NCBI GenBank assembly: GCA_035381305.1
Contig: DAOSYK010000007.1
Coordinates: forward strand, 5,002 to 69,001
Length of the DNA: 64,000 bases
Source: Clostridia bacterium
GTDB taxonomy: Bacteria; Bacillota; Clostridia; Christensenellales; DTU072
Direction: 5' to 3'
Below, one piece after another: positions 19,911 to 29,180 of the stretch (positions are counted from its first letter, which is position 1; each line of letters begins with the position of its first letter). Under the pieces are notes generated by a model that saw only the letters and a program-made list of their open reading frames with translations, ran no database searches and was not told where the DNA came from. Both the position numbers and the translations under genes were made by a program.

Positions 19911-21200
19911 TTATCGCGCGGGTACGGTCTTACCCGCAAGGTCAAAATCGGCACTCTCGATCAGCACATTGTAGATATTGCCGACCTCGAGCGGGAAGTC
20001 GGATGTGAAAAGCACCCTTGTGTCAATCCCCGGCGCCTGAAACTCAGTCCTGCCGTAAAAGCGCTGTCTGTCATAGTCAATCCCTTCGTAAATCACGCTA
20101 AGCACTTCTCCGACATACTTCTTTTGTCTGTTTACCGTGGTGAGACTCTGCACCTTTTCCAGCTCTTTTTTACGCTTTTTCGCGACCGCGCGGCTCACTC
20201 TTTCGGGATAATTGTACGCCGGTGTGTCCTCTTCGGGCGAATATACGAAAAATCCCGCATAGTCAAGGCTTCCGTCAATAAAGGACAGGAGTTTTTTGTG
20301 CTCTTTTTCCCCTTCATAAGGAAATCCCGTGATAAACGTGCTGCGTAAAGTTATCATCGGATACTTTTCCCTTATGAGCGTGACCAGCTTTCTTATGCTC
20401 TCCTCGGTGCTCCGTCTGTTCATCTTCCGTAAGATATTGCCGTCGATGTGCTGCAACGGTATATCAAGGTATTTCGCTATCCTGTCTTCCTTTGATATAA
20501 GCTCTAAAAGCTCCTCGTCGATTAGTTCGGGATAGGCGTACAGTATCCTTATCTTCCAGAAGTCTGTCTTAACAAGCTCGCGCAATAAGGCTTTCAGCTT
20601 TCTCTCGCAGTAAAGGTCGACGCCGTAATTGGTGGTGTCCTGGGCGACGAGGATAAGTTCTTTGACACCCTGCTCGCGTAACGCGCGCGCCTCATCCGCA
20701 AGCTCCTCAATCGGTCTTGACACATACGGTCCGCGGATTAACGGTATCGCGCAGAAAGCGCAGCGGTTGTTGCAGCCGTCGGCTATTTTGAGGTAGGCGT
20801 AATGCGCGGGAGTTGTGATTATCCTTCCGAGGTCTGCGCACGGCGCGGGAGCCTTTTCGCCAATTAGTTTTTCCACGTGTCCGACGATGTTTTTCTCTTC
20901 CTTTATATCAAGGAAGAGGTCGACTTCGGGTATATCGGCAATTTTGCCGTATCTTTGCGCAAAACACCCCGTGACAATGAGCTTCTGAAGCTGTTTCCCC
21001 TTCAACGCCGCCATTTCCAGAATGGTGTCGATCGCTTCCTTTTTCGCCTCGTCGATAAAGGCGCAGGTGTTTACGATGACGACATCGGCGCGCTCGGCGC
21101 TGTCCACAATGAGGTAGCCCGCGTTTTTAAGTAAGTAAAGCATATTTTCACTGTCTACTCTGTTTTTATCGCAGCCCAGTGAAATCATTCCTATTTTCAT
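19911..21200 (-). CDS. rimO: ribosomal protein S12 methylthiotransferase RimO
   Basis: UPF0004 N-domain (SLGCDKNRVDSE), radical-SAM CNNRCAFC and a C-terminal TRAM-like region. It occupies the ftsK-rimO-cinA-recA context typical of Clostridia. Confidence 0.8.
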   Translation of the reverse strand: MKIGMISLGCDKNRVDSENMLYLLKNAGYLIVDSAERADVVIVNTCAFIDEAKKEAIDTILEMAALKGKQLQKLIVTGCFAQRYGKIADIPEVDLFLDIKEEKNIVGHVEKLIGEKAPAPCADLGRIITTPAHYAYLKIADGCNNRCAFCAIPLIRGPYVSRPIEELADEARALREQGVKELILVAQDTTNYGVDLYCERKLKALLRELVKTDFWKIRILYAYPELIDEELLELISKEDRIAKYLDIPLQHIDGNILRKMNRRSTEESIRKLVTLIREKYPMITLRSTFITGFPYEGEKEHKKLLSFIDGSLDYAGFFVYSPEEDTPAYNYPERVSRAVAKKRKKELEKVQSLTTVNRQKKYVGEVLSVIYEGIDYDRQRFYGRTEFQAPGIDTRVLFTSDFPLEVGNIYNVLIESADFDLAGKTVPAR

Positions 21201-21203
21201 GTG

Positions 21204-23963
21204 TTAATCCTTAAAGTTTTTATCTTCGACAAGGTCGGGGTACATCGCGTAAAACTCTTCCTTGGTGATGAGAAGGTTGCGCTTGTTGTTGACCTGCTCG
21301 GACACCCAGCCTTTACTTTCGAGGTAGTCCATGACATTGGCAATGGTGTTGTAGCCCTTCTGAAGTTTTCTCTGCACAAGGGATGTGCTCGCTCTGCCGC
21401 TCTCCACGCAGATTCTCAAAGTCTCTTTGACAAGGTCGTCTTTGGGGTCGTTGCCGCGCGGCTCGTCGTCCTCGCTCCTTGCGGGCATTCCGTCACCGTA
21501 GAGCGTGGGAGGTAGCTCTTCCTTGCTGCCGTGGAGTATGCGGTCTATGGCTTCATAGTCGAATTCCACGAGGTTGTTCTTCTTAATCTCCTCGACAAGG
21601 TCGTCCACTTCCTCGGTGCTTATATAGGCGCATTGGGCTCTTACCATGTCTTTGCCGCGCTTAATGTACATGTCGCCGTTTCCGAGCAGGCTCTCGGCGC
21701 CCTTAGCCTTGAAAATTACCATGCTGTGGTTGTAGTCGCCCACGGCAAAGGCAATCTTTGTGTTGAGGTTGTTCTGAATCTCGTTGGTAATGACTTCCTT
21801 GACGGGGTTCTGCGTGGCGAAAATAAGGTGTATGCCTGCGGCCCTCGCAAGACGGGCAAGACTGCTTAAGCTCGCCTCAACGGGTTTTCTTACGATGGGA
21901 TTGGTCATGAGTTCGCTTGCTTCGTCGATGACGATTACATACCTCGGCAGGCTGTGCTCTTTTCCCACTATTCTGTTGTACTCGCTCAATTTCTTTGCGT
22001 GAACGTCCTTGAAGGCAATATACCTTCTTTCGGTCTCTTCTCTCAGCCACTTGAGGGCGTTTATTATCTCGTTCTCGTTGTCGAGCGGCTTTTCCACGAG
22101 CATGTGGGGAAGCCCCGCAAAAAGTTCCATCTCCACGCGCTTCAGGTCGATGAGCAAGAGTTTTACTTCCTCGGGTGAATACCTGTAGAGGATGCTCGCA
22201 AGAATTACGTTTATGCAGACGCTTTTGCCGCTGCCCGTGCTTCCCGCAATGAGCGCGTGGGGCATGTCGGCGAGGTCTTCGATAAGTATGCGGCCGTCGG
22301 CAGTCTTTCCGAGCGCGATGACGATATCGCCCTTTGCCTCGGCGTACTCTTTACTGGAAATTATTTCCTTAAAGCTGACTATTCCGCGCACCTTGTTGGG
22401 CACTTCGATACCGAAATACGGGCTGTCGTCCATCTGGGGCAGAATGGTGATTTCCTGCTTGGTCATCAGCAGTCTGTTTATGTCGGGCTTGACCGAAATT
22501 ACCTTGCTTATGGGGCACTTGTCGTCAAGTTCCACTATGCACCTTGTTATCGTGGGGCCTTTAATGGCGTCGATAAGGCGGGCGTCAATGTTGTAGTTTT
22601 TGAGTTTGACTTCGATTACGTCCTTAAGCTCTTCAAAGTTTTCGACATAGGGCACAAAACCCTTTGTCGTGTGGTCGATAAAGACGTCCTTGGTGGGATA
22701 TTTGTAAGGCAGTTTAAGCACCAGCTTTTCCTGCACAGGCACGGTCTTTTCCTCGGATTCGGGAGCGGGAGCAGCTTTTGCGGGCGCGGGCTTAACAGGT
22801 TCGGGTTTTGGTTGGGGCTTGTACTCGAATTGCGGCTCTTCTTCTATCTCTGCCTTTTCCTCGGGCTGATACTCAAATACCTTTTCTTCCTCAAAATCGG
22901 CTTCGTCGATTTCGTTAAAGTCGAACTTGTCGGCTATCTCCACGTCCCTGACCTCGTCCTTGGGCGTATCGTCGTAGAGAATTTCGTACGGCGTATAATC
23001 GTTCATCTGCAAGGTGGGCTTGAGTTCGTCCTTAATCGTAGCTTCCTCGTTTTTGTTGTAGAGGCTCTTGTAAAACTCGCTGTCGCCAAGTCCAAGTTTG
23101 TTGGCGGCTTCTTTTCGCCGCTTTTCGTCGTTTCTGCTAAGATAGGAATTGCTGTACAAAGATGGATTGGGCTTTACTTTTACCGCCTCGATGTCGTCGG
23201 CTATAAGATAGTCGTTCTTTGGCTTGAACTTGTCGGAAAGCAGGTCGGGAGGGAGCAGTTCTTCCTGCTTGGGAACGTCGGGAATGGGTATGGAATACTC
23301 CTCGCCGAAAAGTTTCTTCCCCGCTTCCTCTTTGGGGTCGGCGGGTTTTTCCTTCTCGGTTTCTTTCTCCTCGGCTTTTTTGCCTTTTAAGCGCTCGAGG
23401 AACTTTTCCTTTTCAATGGTTTCTTCGGGCGCGCCGTCCTCTTTTTCCACTTTGATAACGGTCTTCTTTCTGCTTCCCGCAAAGATATATGGGTAGATTG
23501 CGAAAAAGCACAGCGCCGCGCTGAGCACAAAGAAGATAATCGTGCTGGCAATATACTTAAGGGGGAGAACTACGGGTGCGCTGATAAGGCTCATGATCAC
23601 GCCGCCCACCGACGGAACGTTATAGACCGCCGCTATGTAGTCGGAAAAACCTTTGCTTACGGCTTCTTTCAGAAATCCGATATGTATCGTAATAACCACA
23701 CTGAAAAACGCCGCAATAATAAGCGCCGTCTGCTTTGCGGGAATCGGTTTCCACTTGCCTTTTCTGACAAGGTCGAGGACAAAGAAAATATATCCTATCG
23801 CGAGATACCCGTACGACATATAGCCGAACACGCCGATTAGCGCGCTCCGCGTCACCCTCACCGCCATAAGCACGGTGACGGCGACAAGGATAAGGATTCT
23901 CAGTAATATAAGCTTACTTCTTCTCGACATCGCTTTCATATAGAAACCTATCTTTTTAGGCAT
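21204..23963 (-). CDS. ftsK: DNA translocase FtsK/SpoIIIE
   Basis: N-terminal TM helices, an acidic/Pro-rich linker, a motor domain with GSTGSGKSV Walker A and VIVIDE Walker B, and a C-terminal gamma winged-helix (LVQRKLQKGYN). Confidence 0.93.
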   Translation of the reverse strand: MPKKIGFYMKAMSRRSKLILLRILILVAVTVLMAVRVTRSALIGVFGYMSYGYLAIGYIFFVLDLVRKGKWKPIPAKQTALIIAAFFSVVITIHIGFLKEAVSKGFSDYIAAVYNVPSVGGVIMSLISAPVVLPLKYIASTIIFFVLSAALCFFAIYPYIFAGSRKKTVIKVEKEDGAPEETIEKEKFLERLKGKKAEEKETEKEKPADPKEEAGKKLFGEEYSIPIPDVPKQEELLPPDLLSDKFKPKNDYLIADDIEAVKVKPNPSLYSNSYLSRNDEKRRKEAANKLGLGDSEFYKSLYNKNEEATIKDELKPTLQMNDYTPYEILYDDTPKDEVRDVEIADKFDFNEIDEADFEEEKVFEYQPEEKAEIEEEPQFEYKPQPKPEPVKPAPAKAAPAPESEEKTVPVQEKLVLKLPYKYPTKDVFIDHTTKGFVPYVENFEELKDVIEVKLKNYNIDARLIDAIKGPTITRCIVELDDKCPISKVISVKPDINRLLMTKQEITILPQMDDSPYFGIEVPNKVRGIVSFKEIISSKEYAEAKGDIVIALGKTADGRILIEDLADMPHALIAGSTGSGKSVCINVILASILYRYSPEEVKLLLIDLKRVEMELFAGLPHMLVEKPLDNENEIINALKWLREETERRYIAFKDVHAKKLSEYNRIVGKEHSLPRYVIVIDEASELMTNPIVRKPVEASLSSLARLARAAGIHLIFATQNPVKEVITNEIQNNLNTKIAFAVGDYNHSMVIFKAKGAESLLGNGDMYIKRGKDMVRAQCAYISTEEVDDLVEEIKKNNLVEFDYEAIDRILHGSKEELPPTLYGDGMPARSEDDEPRGNDPKDDLVKETLRICVESGRASTSLVQRKLQKGYNTIANVMDYLESKGWVSEQVNNKRNLLITKEEFYAMYPDLVEDKNFKD

Positions 23964-23966
23964 TTT

Positions 23967-25238
23967 TTACTCCTTGCCCATGAAAATATCGTAGGCGTTG
24001 AAACTTGGCTTTCTTCCGACATAGCTTACCGAGGCTTTGTCATAACGGATAGAGTTGTGAATCGTCTCGTTCACGTCGTCGTTTGTTATCGCCTCAAGCT
24101 CTTTAAGCTGCCTGTTTACGTTGTACTTTTTATTGAGTAAAAGCATGCTGCGGGCGTTTACGCGCATAACCGACATTGCGCTCTCCATAGAGAGGATAAG
24201 AGCGGTTTTGCTTTGAATGAGCGTCCTCTTTAATTCTTCCCCGGTAAAGCCTTTTTTCTTGATTTCGTCCAGACTCTTTCTTATCTCCTCAAGCGCGAGA
24301 GGAACCTGCTTGGGGTCGGTGGCAAAGTAGATATACCAGTATCCGTCGTCGACGTAGGACACGGGCGAGGCATAAATTGTGTATACAAGACCCAGTTCGT
24401 CCCTAATCTTCTGGAACAGTCTGCTGCTCATGCCTCCCGCAAGGAGATTGCAAAGAATGGCGTTTACCGTGCTCTTTTTGTTCTTCAAGCCGTACGCGGG
24501 AAAGGAGATCGCGACGTGGGACTGCTGACAGTCGCTTTTTGAAGTTTCGAGGTACTTATTCTGCGGCTTGTTGATACCGAATTTCCGCTTGGAAAATTCG
24601 GCGTTTTTCATCTGCCTTTCAAAGTACTTGTCGACAAGTTCGGCCGCCCTTTCGGCGCTTATGTCCCCCGCTATGCTGATGACGGTATTTTTGGGGACGT
24701 AGAACTTCGCCATAAATTCTTTAATCGCTATCTTGTCAAAACTCAACACATTATCAGCCGAGCCGAGAATGGGATAGGCGATGGACTTGCCTTTTCCAAA
24801 GTGCGCCTTGACGAGATTTTCCAGGCATTTGTCTTCGTAGTCGTCCTCGCTCATCTTGATTTCTTCGAGTACAACAGTCTTTTCCTTGGCGAGAGTGGAC
24901 TCGTCAAACTTGGAGTTAAAATACATGTCGCTCAGCATTTCGGCGCAGTTTTCGGCGTAGTCGCTTAAGCCCACCGTGTAAAACGCCGTGGTGTTCTTGG
25001 ACGTGTAGGCGTTTACGTTGACGCCGATGCTTTCCAGCTCGTTTACGATTTCAAACGCCGTCCTCTTTTCGGTGCCCTTGAAGAGCATGTGCTCGATAAA
25101 ATGTGATATTCCGTTGGTTTCCCTGGATTCGTACAGGCTTCCTACGCCCACAAATACGCCGATTGATAACGATTTTGTATTTCTTATGCTTTCAACAACC
25201 AGCCTCAAGCCGCTGGCAAATCCGATAACTTTATTCAT
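23967..25238 (-). CDS. M16-family (pitrilysin-like) zinc peptidase
   Basis: Inverted zinc motif HFIEHMLFKGT. 423 aa. Confidence 0.85.
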   Translation of the reverse strand: MNKVIGFASGLRLVVESIRNTKSLSIGVFVGVGSLYESRETNGISHFIEHMLFKGTEKRTAFEIVNELESIGVNVNAYTSKNTTAFYTVGLSDYAENCAEMLSDMYFNSKFDESTLAKEKTVVLEEIKMSEDDYEDKCLENLVKAHFGKGKSIAYPILGSADNVLSFDKIAIKEFMAKFYVPKNTVISIAGDISAERAAELVDKYFERQMKNAEFSKRKFGINKPQNKYLETSKSDCQQSHVAISFPAYGLKNKKSTVNAILCNLLAGGMSSRLFQKIRDELGLVYTIYASPVSYVDDGYWYIYFATDPKQVPLALEEIRKSLDEIKKKGFTGEELKRTLIQSKTALILSMESAMSVMRVNARSMLLLNKKYNVNRQLKELEAITNDDVNETIHNSIRYDKASVSYVGRKPSFNAYDIFMGKE

Positions 25239-25383
25239 TCACAAAAATTCTCCGCAAAGGAAGTATTCCCCCGTTTTCATATAATTATATACTATTTAAG
25301 ATATTTTTTCAATATAATGCGCGACGCAAAAAGGTTTATTATTTTGCCCAAGGCTGGGCGGATTTCGGGACAAAAAAAGTCGA

Positions 25384-25764
25384 CTAAGCGCGCTTTTTGC
25401 CGCGAGGACGAGGCATTGTGTCATTATAGCTCATCTCAAGGAGCATTTTTATCACGTCGTCCGACGCGCTGCCGTCCAATGCTACGGTAATCCAGTTTTC
25501 CTTGTTCATATGATAGGCGGGAAAAATGCCTGGGAGATTACGCAAGGAGCCGTTGAGGACCGGATCGCATTTGAAGTTTACTACATTTATTTTTTCCGCA
25601 TCCTTTAAGCCCAGTTTATCCCGCGTAATTTCCATGACCAGCGCAAACCACTTCCTGTTTCCGCCGTGGCGGAATACTCCGTACTCGGGAAACCCGACCC
25701 AAGGGAAATCGAGTTTTACGCCGTAATTGTCAAGGATAAACTGCTCGAGTTCTGCACGCGTCAT
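25384..25764 (-). CDS. MmcQ/YjbR-family DNA-binding protein
   Basis: 126 aa. The FPWVGFPEYGVFRHGGNRKWFALVM pattern is typical of the YjbR family. Confidence 0.7.
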   Translation of the reverse strand: MTRAELEQFILDNYGVKLDFPWVGFPEYGVFRHGGNRKWFALVMEITRDKLGLKDAEKINVVNFKCDPVLNGSLRNLPGIFPAYHMNKENWITVALDGSASDDVIKMLLEMSYNDTMPRPRGKKRA

Positions 25765-25903
25765 TAAATTAGTCCCATAGAATGCAAGTGTCTATGTATG
25801 ATTATATCATACGCAGCCTCAATGCTCAAACAAAACGCCTCTTTCTCGTCTGATGTTCCGTAGTGTTCGGGGGGGAGGGAAGAAACCGATACTTGTTTTT
25901 GTG

Positions 25904-25932
25904 TTGCAAATACCGCGTCTTGCCATTATAAT
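25904..25932 (+). promoter_or_regulatory. SigA-type promoter candidate in front of a small-ORF pair
   Basis: TTGCAA (25904-25909), 17-nt spacer, TATAAT (25927-25932). Confidence 0.45.
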
Positions 25933-25955
25933 TTATGTGATAAAAGGGAAAAAGA

Positions 25956-26054
25956 ATGGAAACATTTTTGGCACAGATAGCACTGTATTTCAACGAAAGC
26001 CCGCAAGCGGTCATTGAGAAAGCCCTAAACTACGGATACAAATTGGAGATATGA
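25956..26054 (+). CDS. hypothetical 32-aa small ORF
   Basis: ATG is preceded by AAGGGA. Product METFLAQIALYFNESPQAVIEKALNYGYKLEI. Its stop overlaps the next ATG (ATGA). No homology recognised. Confidence 0.25.
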   Translation: METFLAQIALYFNESPQAVIEKALNYGYKLEI

Positions 26055-26263
26055 TCTACATCCTCTATTTGTACAGGCTAAACCTCAAAGACCCGTTTTT
26101 AGAGCACGAATTTTATGCAAACAGTTTAAAAAAGCTGGGAATTAAGCATATTATTAATACGCTTTACACCATTCGCACCTTGCTAAACACCGAAGAAAAC
26201 AAAGAAACCGCGAACATTGTCATGTCGGATTACGGCGTAAATCCGCCGTTTGTTCCGAGGTAA
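26051..26263 (+). CDS. hypothetical 70-aa small ORF
   Basis: ATGA-coupled to the 32-codon ORF. Noticeably AT-rich. No motif recognised. Confidence 0.3.
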   Translation: MIYILYLYRLNLKDPFLEHEFYANSLKKLGIKHIINTLYTIRTLLNTEENKETANIVMSDYGVNPPFVPR

Positions 26264-26293
26264 AAAGTTTTGTATCCTTTCTGCTCAAAACAG

Positions 26294-26322
26294 TTGACAA
26301 ACCGTCGGAATTATATTATTCT
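26294..26322 (+). promoter_or_regulatory. possible promoter of the tRNA cluster
   Basis: TTGACA (26294-26299), 17-nt spacer, TATTCT (26317-26322). About 16 nt before the first tRNA. Confidence 0.3.
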
Positions 26323-26338
26323 TATAAAGCATTAATGA

Positions 26339-26416
<78 letters not shown>

Positions 26417-26437
26417 ATAAGGCAAATCTTAATACAT

Positions 26438-26514
26438 GGCGGCGTAGCTTAGTTGGTTAGAGCGGCCGGTTCATACCCGGCAGGTCGTTGGTTCGAATCT
26501 GACCGCCGCTACCA
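26438..26514 (+). tRNA. elongator tRNA-Met (CAU), CCA encoded
   Basis: GGCGGCGTAGCTTAGTTGGTTAGAGC...TTCATAC...CGCCGCTACCA folds as a 77-nt cloverleaf. It closely resembles B. subtilis elongator tRNA-Met. tRNA-Ile2 (lysidine CAU) cannot be fully excluded by eye. Confidence 0.85.
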
Positions 26515-26522
26515 AATACTAT

Positions 26523-26597
26523 GGCCCCATGGTCAAGTGGTCAAGACATCGCCCTTTCACGGCGGTAACCCGAGTTCGAACCTCGGTGGGGTCACCA
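26523..26597 (+). tRNA. tRNA-Glu (UUC), CCA encoded
   Basis: 75-nt cloverleaf with a 3-bp D stem and anticodon loop CTTTCAC. Resembles B. subtilis tRNA-Glu. Confidence 0.92.
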
Positions 26598-26603
26598 ACA
26601 AGC

Positions 26604-26679
26604 GGGAGCATAGCTCAGCTGGGAGAGCGCTTGCCTTACAAGCAAGATGTCATAGGTTCGAGCCCTATTGTTCCCACCA
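26604..26679 (+). tRNA. tRNA-Val (UAC), CCA encoded
   Basis: 76-nt cloverleaf with anticodon loop CTTACAA and T arm ATAGG-TTCGAGC-CCTAT. Confidence 0.92.
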
Positions 26680-26684
26680 AGAGA

Positions 26685-26706
26685 AGACCTGAAAAGGTCT
26701 TTTTTT
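26685..26706 (+). terminator. rho-independent terminator of the tRNA cluster
   Basis: AGACCTgaaaAGGTCT followed by TTTTTT. Confidence 0.75.
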
Positions 26707-26804
26707 ATGCGAAAATCAACGAGCGTTGTTTTTCGTGAGACAAGAGACCGATGATCGATTCCCAACAGGCTAGTAGATTTAATTGTAATGAAATTAACGA
26801 AAAA

Positions 26805-26826
26805 GCGGCTTTCGGCCGCCTTTTTT
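26805..26826. terminator. short GC hairpin with flanking A/T runs, probable terminator of the S58 peptidase gene
   Basis: aaaaGCGGCtttcgGCCGCcttttttatttt. The stem is only 5 bp. It lies immediately 3' of the minus-strand stop at 26825. Confidence 0.4.
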
Positions 26827-27724
26827 ATTTTGATTTTACGGCGTCTTCCACCGCGAGGCGGACAGCTTCAACCGCGGCGGTTTCGAGGAGCATGAAGTTA
26901 AGCACCTTCTTTTTTCCCGTCGCAAGACAAAACAGCGTGTCGCCGTCATAATCGGTGTGGACGGGGCGTATGCTTAGGGCAAGCCCGTTGTGACCTATTG
27001 AGGCAAGTTTGTTGGCTTCTACTTTGCTTATTCTGGCGTCGGTCATAATACAGCCGATAGTCGTGTTTGTGCCCATAATAAGACGCATAAAGTCGCCTTC
27101 CAGTATGGTCTTTTCTATGTTCAGAAATCCGCCTTTGTTGTCGCGGGCGCCCGCGATAATCTTGTTGTCGTGGTCGTAAATGTCGCCGAGGGCGTTTACC
27201 ACAATGAGTGCGGTGACGATAATGCCCTGCACCTTCACGGTGCCGATGCCAAGGCCGCCTTTGTCGGCGTATTTTAAGCCCCTGATCTTTCCTACCGTCG
27301 CGCCGCGTCCTGCGCCGATACGACCCGATATGACGTTGTCCTCAACGGCGTTTGAGGCCGCTTTATAACCCATTTCGAAATCGGGATAGTGGTACTCCTT
27401 GTCGACAAGGTCGAAAATTACCGCCCCCGGAACGATTGGCACGACCTTTCCTTCCACTTTGTACCCGATGCCCTGTTTTTTCAGGCAGTCCATAACCCCC
27501 GCGATTGTGCCAAGTCCGTATGCCGAGCCGCCGCAAAGCGTGACGGCATTTATCTTCTGCATCATTTTTTCGCTTCTTATCAGGTCGGTTTCGTGCGTTC
27601 CCGGCGCGCCGCCTCTTACGTCGGCCCCGCCTGTCGCGCCTTCTTCACACAGTATAACGGTGACGCCCGTGTGGTCGTCGTTTGCGTGTCCTATCTTAAT
27701 CCCCTTTGGCAGTATCTTTTCCAT
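26825..27724 (-). CDS. P1/S58-family peptidase (DmpA-type aminopeptidase)
   Basis: GIKIGHANDDHTGVTVIL...GGADVRGGAPGTHETDL...GTNTTIG is the DmpA/S58 pattern. Strong RBS (GGAAGGAAG) lies inside the 3' end of the upstream gene. Confidence 0.75.
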   Translation of the reverse strand: MEKILPKGIKIGHANDDHTGVTVILCEEGATGGADVRGGAPGTHETDLIRSEKMMQKINAVTLCGGSAYGLGTIAGVMDCLKKQGIGYKVEGKVVPIVPGAVIFDLVDKEYHYPDFEMGYKAASNAVEDNVISGRIGAGRGATVGKIRGLKYADKGGLGIGTVKVQGIIVTALIVVNALGDIYDHDNKIIAGARDNKGGFLNIEKTILEGDFMRLIMGTNTTIGCIMTDARISKVEANKLASIGHNGLALSIRPVHTDYDGDTLFCLATGKKKVLNFMLLETAAVEAVRLAVEDAVKSK

Positions 27725-29153
27725 TTTCTTCCTTCCCTTTCTTTTTCTGAACTGATTTTACAATGATTACTATTCCCGACGTGACCATTCCCGCCGCGCA
27801 CAGCGCAATAACTCCGTAAACGATGTACATGACTATCAGCGAGCCGAATATGTTGGACGGCTTGGTGTATCTGGGGTCTTCGTCGGCGCAGAGCGAAAAG
27901 CGGATATTGTAGTCGGGTGCGCCTTTCTGGGTATAACTATACTCGTTTTCCCCCGTCTTTGTAAATGCAACGTTGCTCTTAATGAGATACGGCATCTTTT
28001 CGGGCGTAATGACCTTGACGAAGAATGTGTCGAACGACGCCCAGTTTTTTGCGGGGCTGCTGATATAATCATACGTAAACAGCGTGGGATTGTAATGCGC
28101 GTCAAACGCTCCGTCCATGGTGTAGGTTATGCCGATAAGGTTGCGTTCTCCGGCCTTCAGCGTCACTGTATATCCGAGGAGAATAACGCACGGCGAATTG
28201 AATATCTGCTGTTTGAATTCAAATTCCTCGACAAAACGCTTGCCGCCGTTCTTTTTGTCGGACAGCGCCACGCTGATAAGGTCGTATTCGCCGGGGGTTA
28301 TGTCCTCTTCAAAAGAGAGAATATAGTTTCGTAAAGACATCTGCTCTGTGCTGAATACGTGCCCGTATTCTGCGCCCGCTTTTTTACTTTCGTCGTCAAT
28401 TCGGCGAACCTTGAGGTTTTGAACCTCGCCGCCCACCGCGTAAAGATTGATATAGGACGGCTCGTCTTCTGACCTGACCGTAAACACCTTAAGGGTGACT
28501 TTTTCCACAGAATCATCGTCGCCCTGATAAGCGGTTGAATAACCCGAAACATTGTCGGCAATCACAAAGGTGTCCGATTTGGCGGCTATCTCATACTCGA
28601 TTTCCGCGTTGCGCGTTTCGTTTATGTCGCGGACGTCTATCGTATACTTCCATACCGAAAGGTTTTCATCCAGCCTCTCAAGGCCGTTTATTGCTTCCAG
28701 AAGTTCTTCAAACGTCGCGTCCAGCAAGTTTTTGAGTTCGGCGAAGGCAAAGTAGGGCGTATATTCAACAGCCTGACCGTTTATGGTAACCGCCGCAGAA
28801 TGCTCCCTGAAAGTTTTCAGCGTAGTCGATAGCGGAAAGCCCATAGTTACGGTCTTGTCCTGAGCAGAGAAGTTGCGGATATCATAGACCGCCGTGGTTG
28901 CGGACAACGGGGCAAATTCTCCCTCTTCCCCTTGGGAAAAATCGAAGGTAAGCTGCTCGTCGGATACGCCTATCTCGGGGTCTTTTACGGGCAGCAGTTC
29001 GGCATACTCGCCGTCGGCCTTCCGCTGCATGAGCGCGCTGTTTGCATACGCGAAATTAACGGGCGCAAAGCACCCGAGGCAAAACGCTATGGCAAATAGA
29101 ATTACGAGCGGCTTTTTCACTGTACTGTTTCCACGTTCCGATTTTATTCTCAT
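27696..29153 (-). CDS. hypothetical secreted, C-terminally membrane-anchored protein
   Basis: Signal peptide (KKPLVILFAIAFCLGCFAPVNFAYA), an extracellular region of about 400 aa and a C-terminal TM helix with a Lys-rich tail. The true start may be GTG at 29120, because a promoter-like -10 overlaps the ATG at 29153. Confidence 0.8.
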   Translation of the reverse strand: MRIKSERGNSTVKKPLVILFAIAFCLGCFAPVNFAYANSALMQRKADGEYAELLPVKDPEIGVSDEQLTFDFSQGEEGEFAPLSATTAVYDIRNFSAQDKTVTMGFPLSTTLKTFREHSAAVTINGQAVEYTPYFAFAELKNLLDATFEELLEAINGLERLDENLSVWKYTIDVRDINETRNAEIEYEIAAKSDTFVIADNVSGYSTAYQGDDDSVEKVTLKVFTVRSEDEPSYINLYAVGGEVQNLKVRRIDDESKKAGAEYGHVFSTEQMSLRNYILSFEEDITPGEYDLISVALSDKKNGGKRFVEEFEFKQQIFNSPCVILLGYTVTLKAGERNLIGITYTMDGAFDAHYNPTLFTYDYISSPAKNWASFDTFFVKVITPEKMPYLIKSNVAFTKTGENEYSYTQKGAPDYNIRFSLCADEDPRYTKPSNIFGSLIVMYIVYGVIALCAAGMVTSGIVIIVKSVQKKKGKEENGKDTAKGD

Positions 29154-29180
29154 TTTAACATAAAGCCATGGCCATTACAA
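29152..29180 (-). promoter_or_regulatory. promoter candidate for the 485-aa membrane protein / S58 peptidase pair
   Basis: Minus strand reads TTGTAA (29175-29180), 17-nt spacer ending in TGt, then TAAAAT (29152-29157). Confidence 0.4.

Noticed and set aside
22700-23420. A low-complexity Glu/Lys/Pro-rich stretch in ftsK (EEKVFEYQPEEKAEIEEEPQFEYKPQPKPEPVKPAPAKAAPAPE) might be a separate feature or repeat element.
   Set aside because: FtsK/SpoIIIE proteins normally carry a variable, low-complexity linker between the membrane and motor domains. There is no DNA-level tandem repeat.
26453-26738. ORFs of 79 and 69 aa overlap the tRNA cluster.
   Set aside because: They run straight through four well-folded tRNA genes, so they are chance ORFs.
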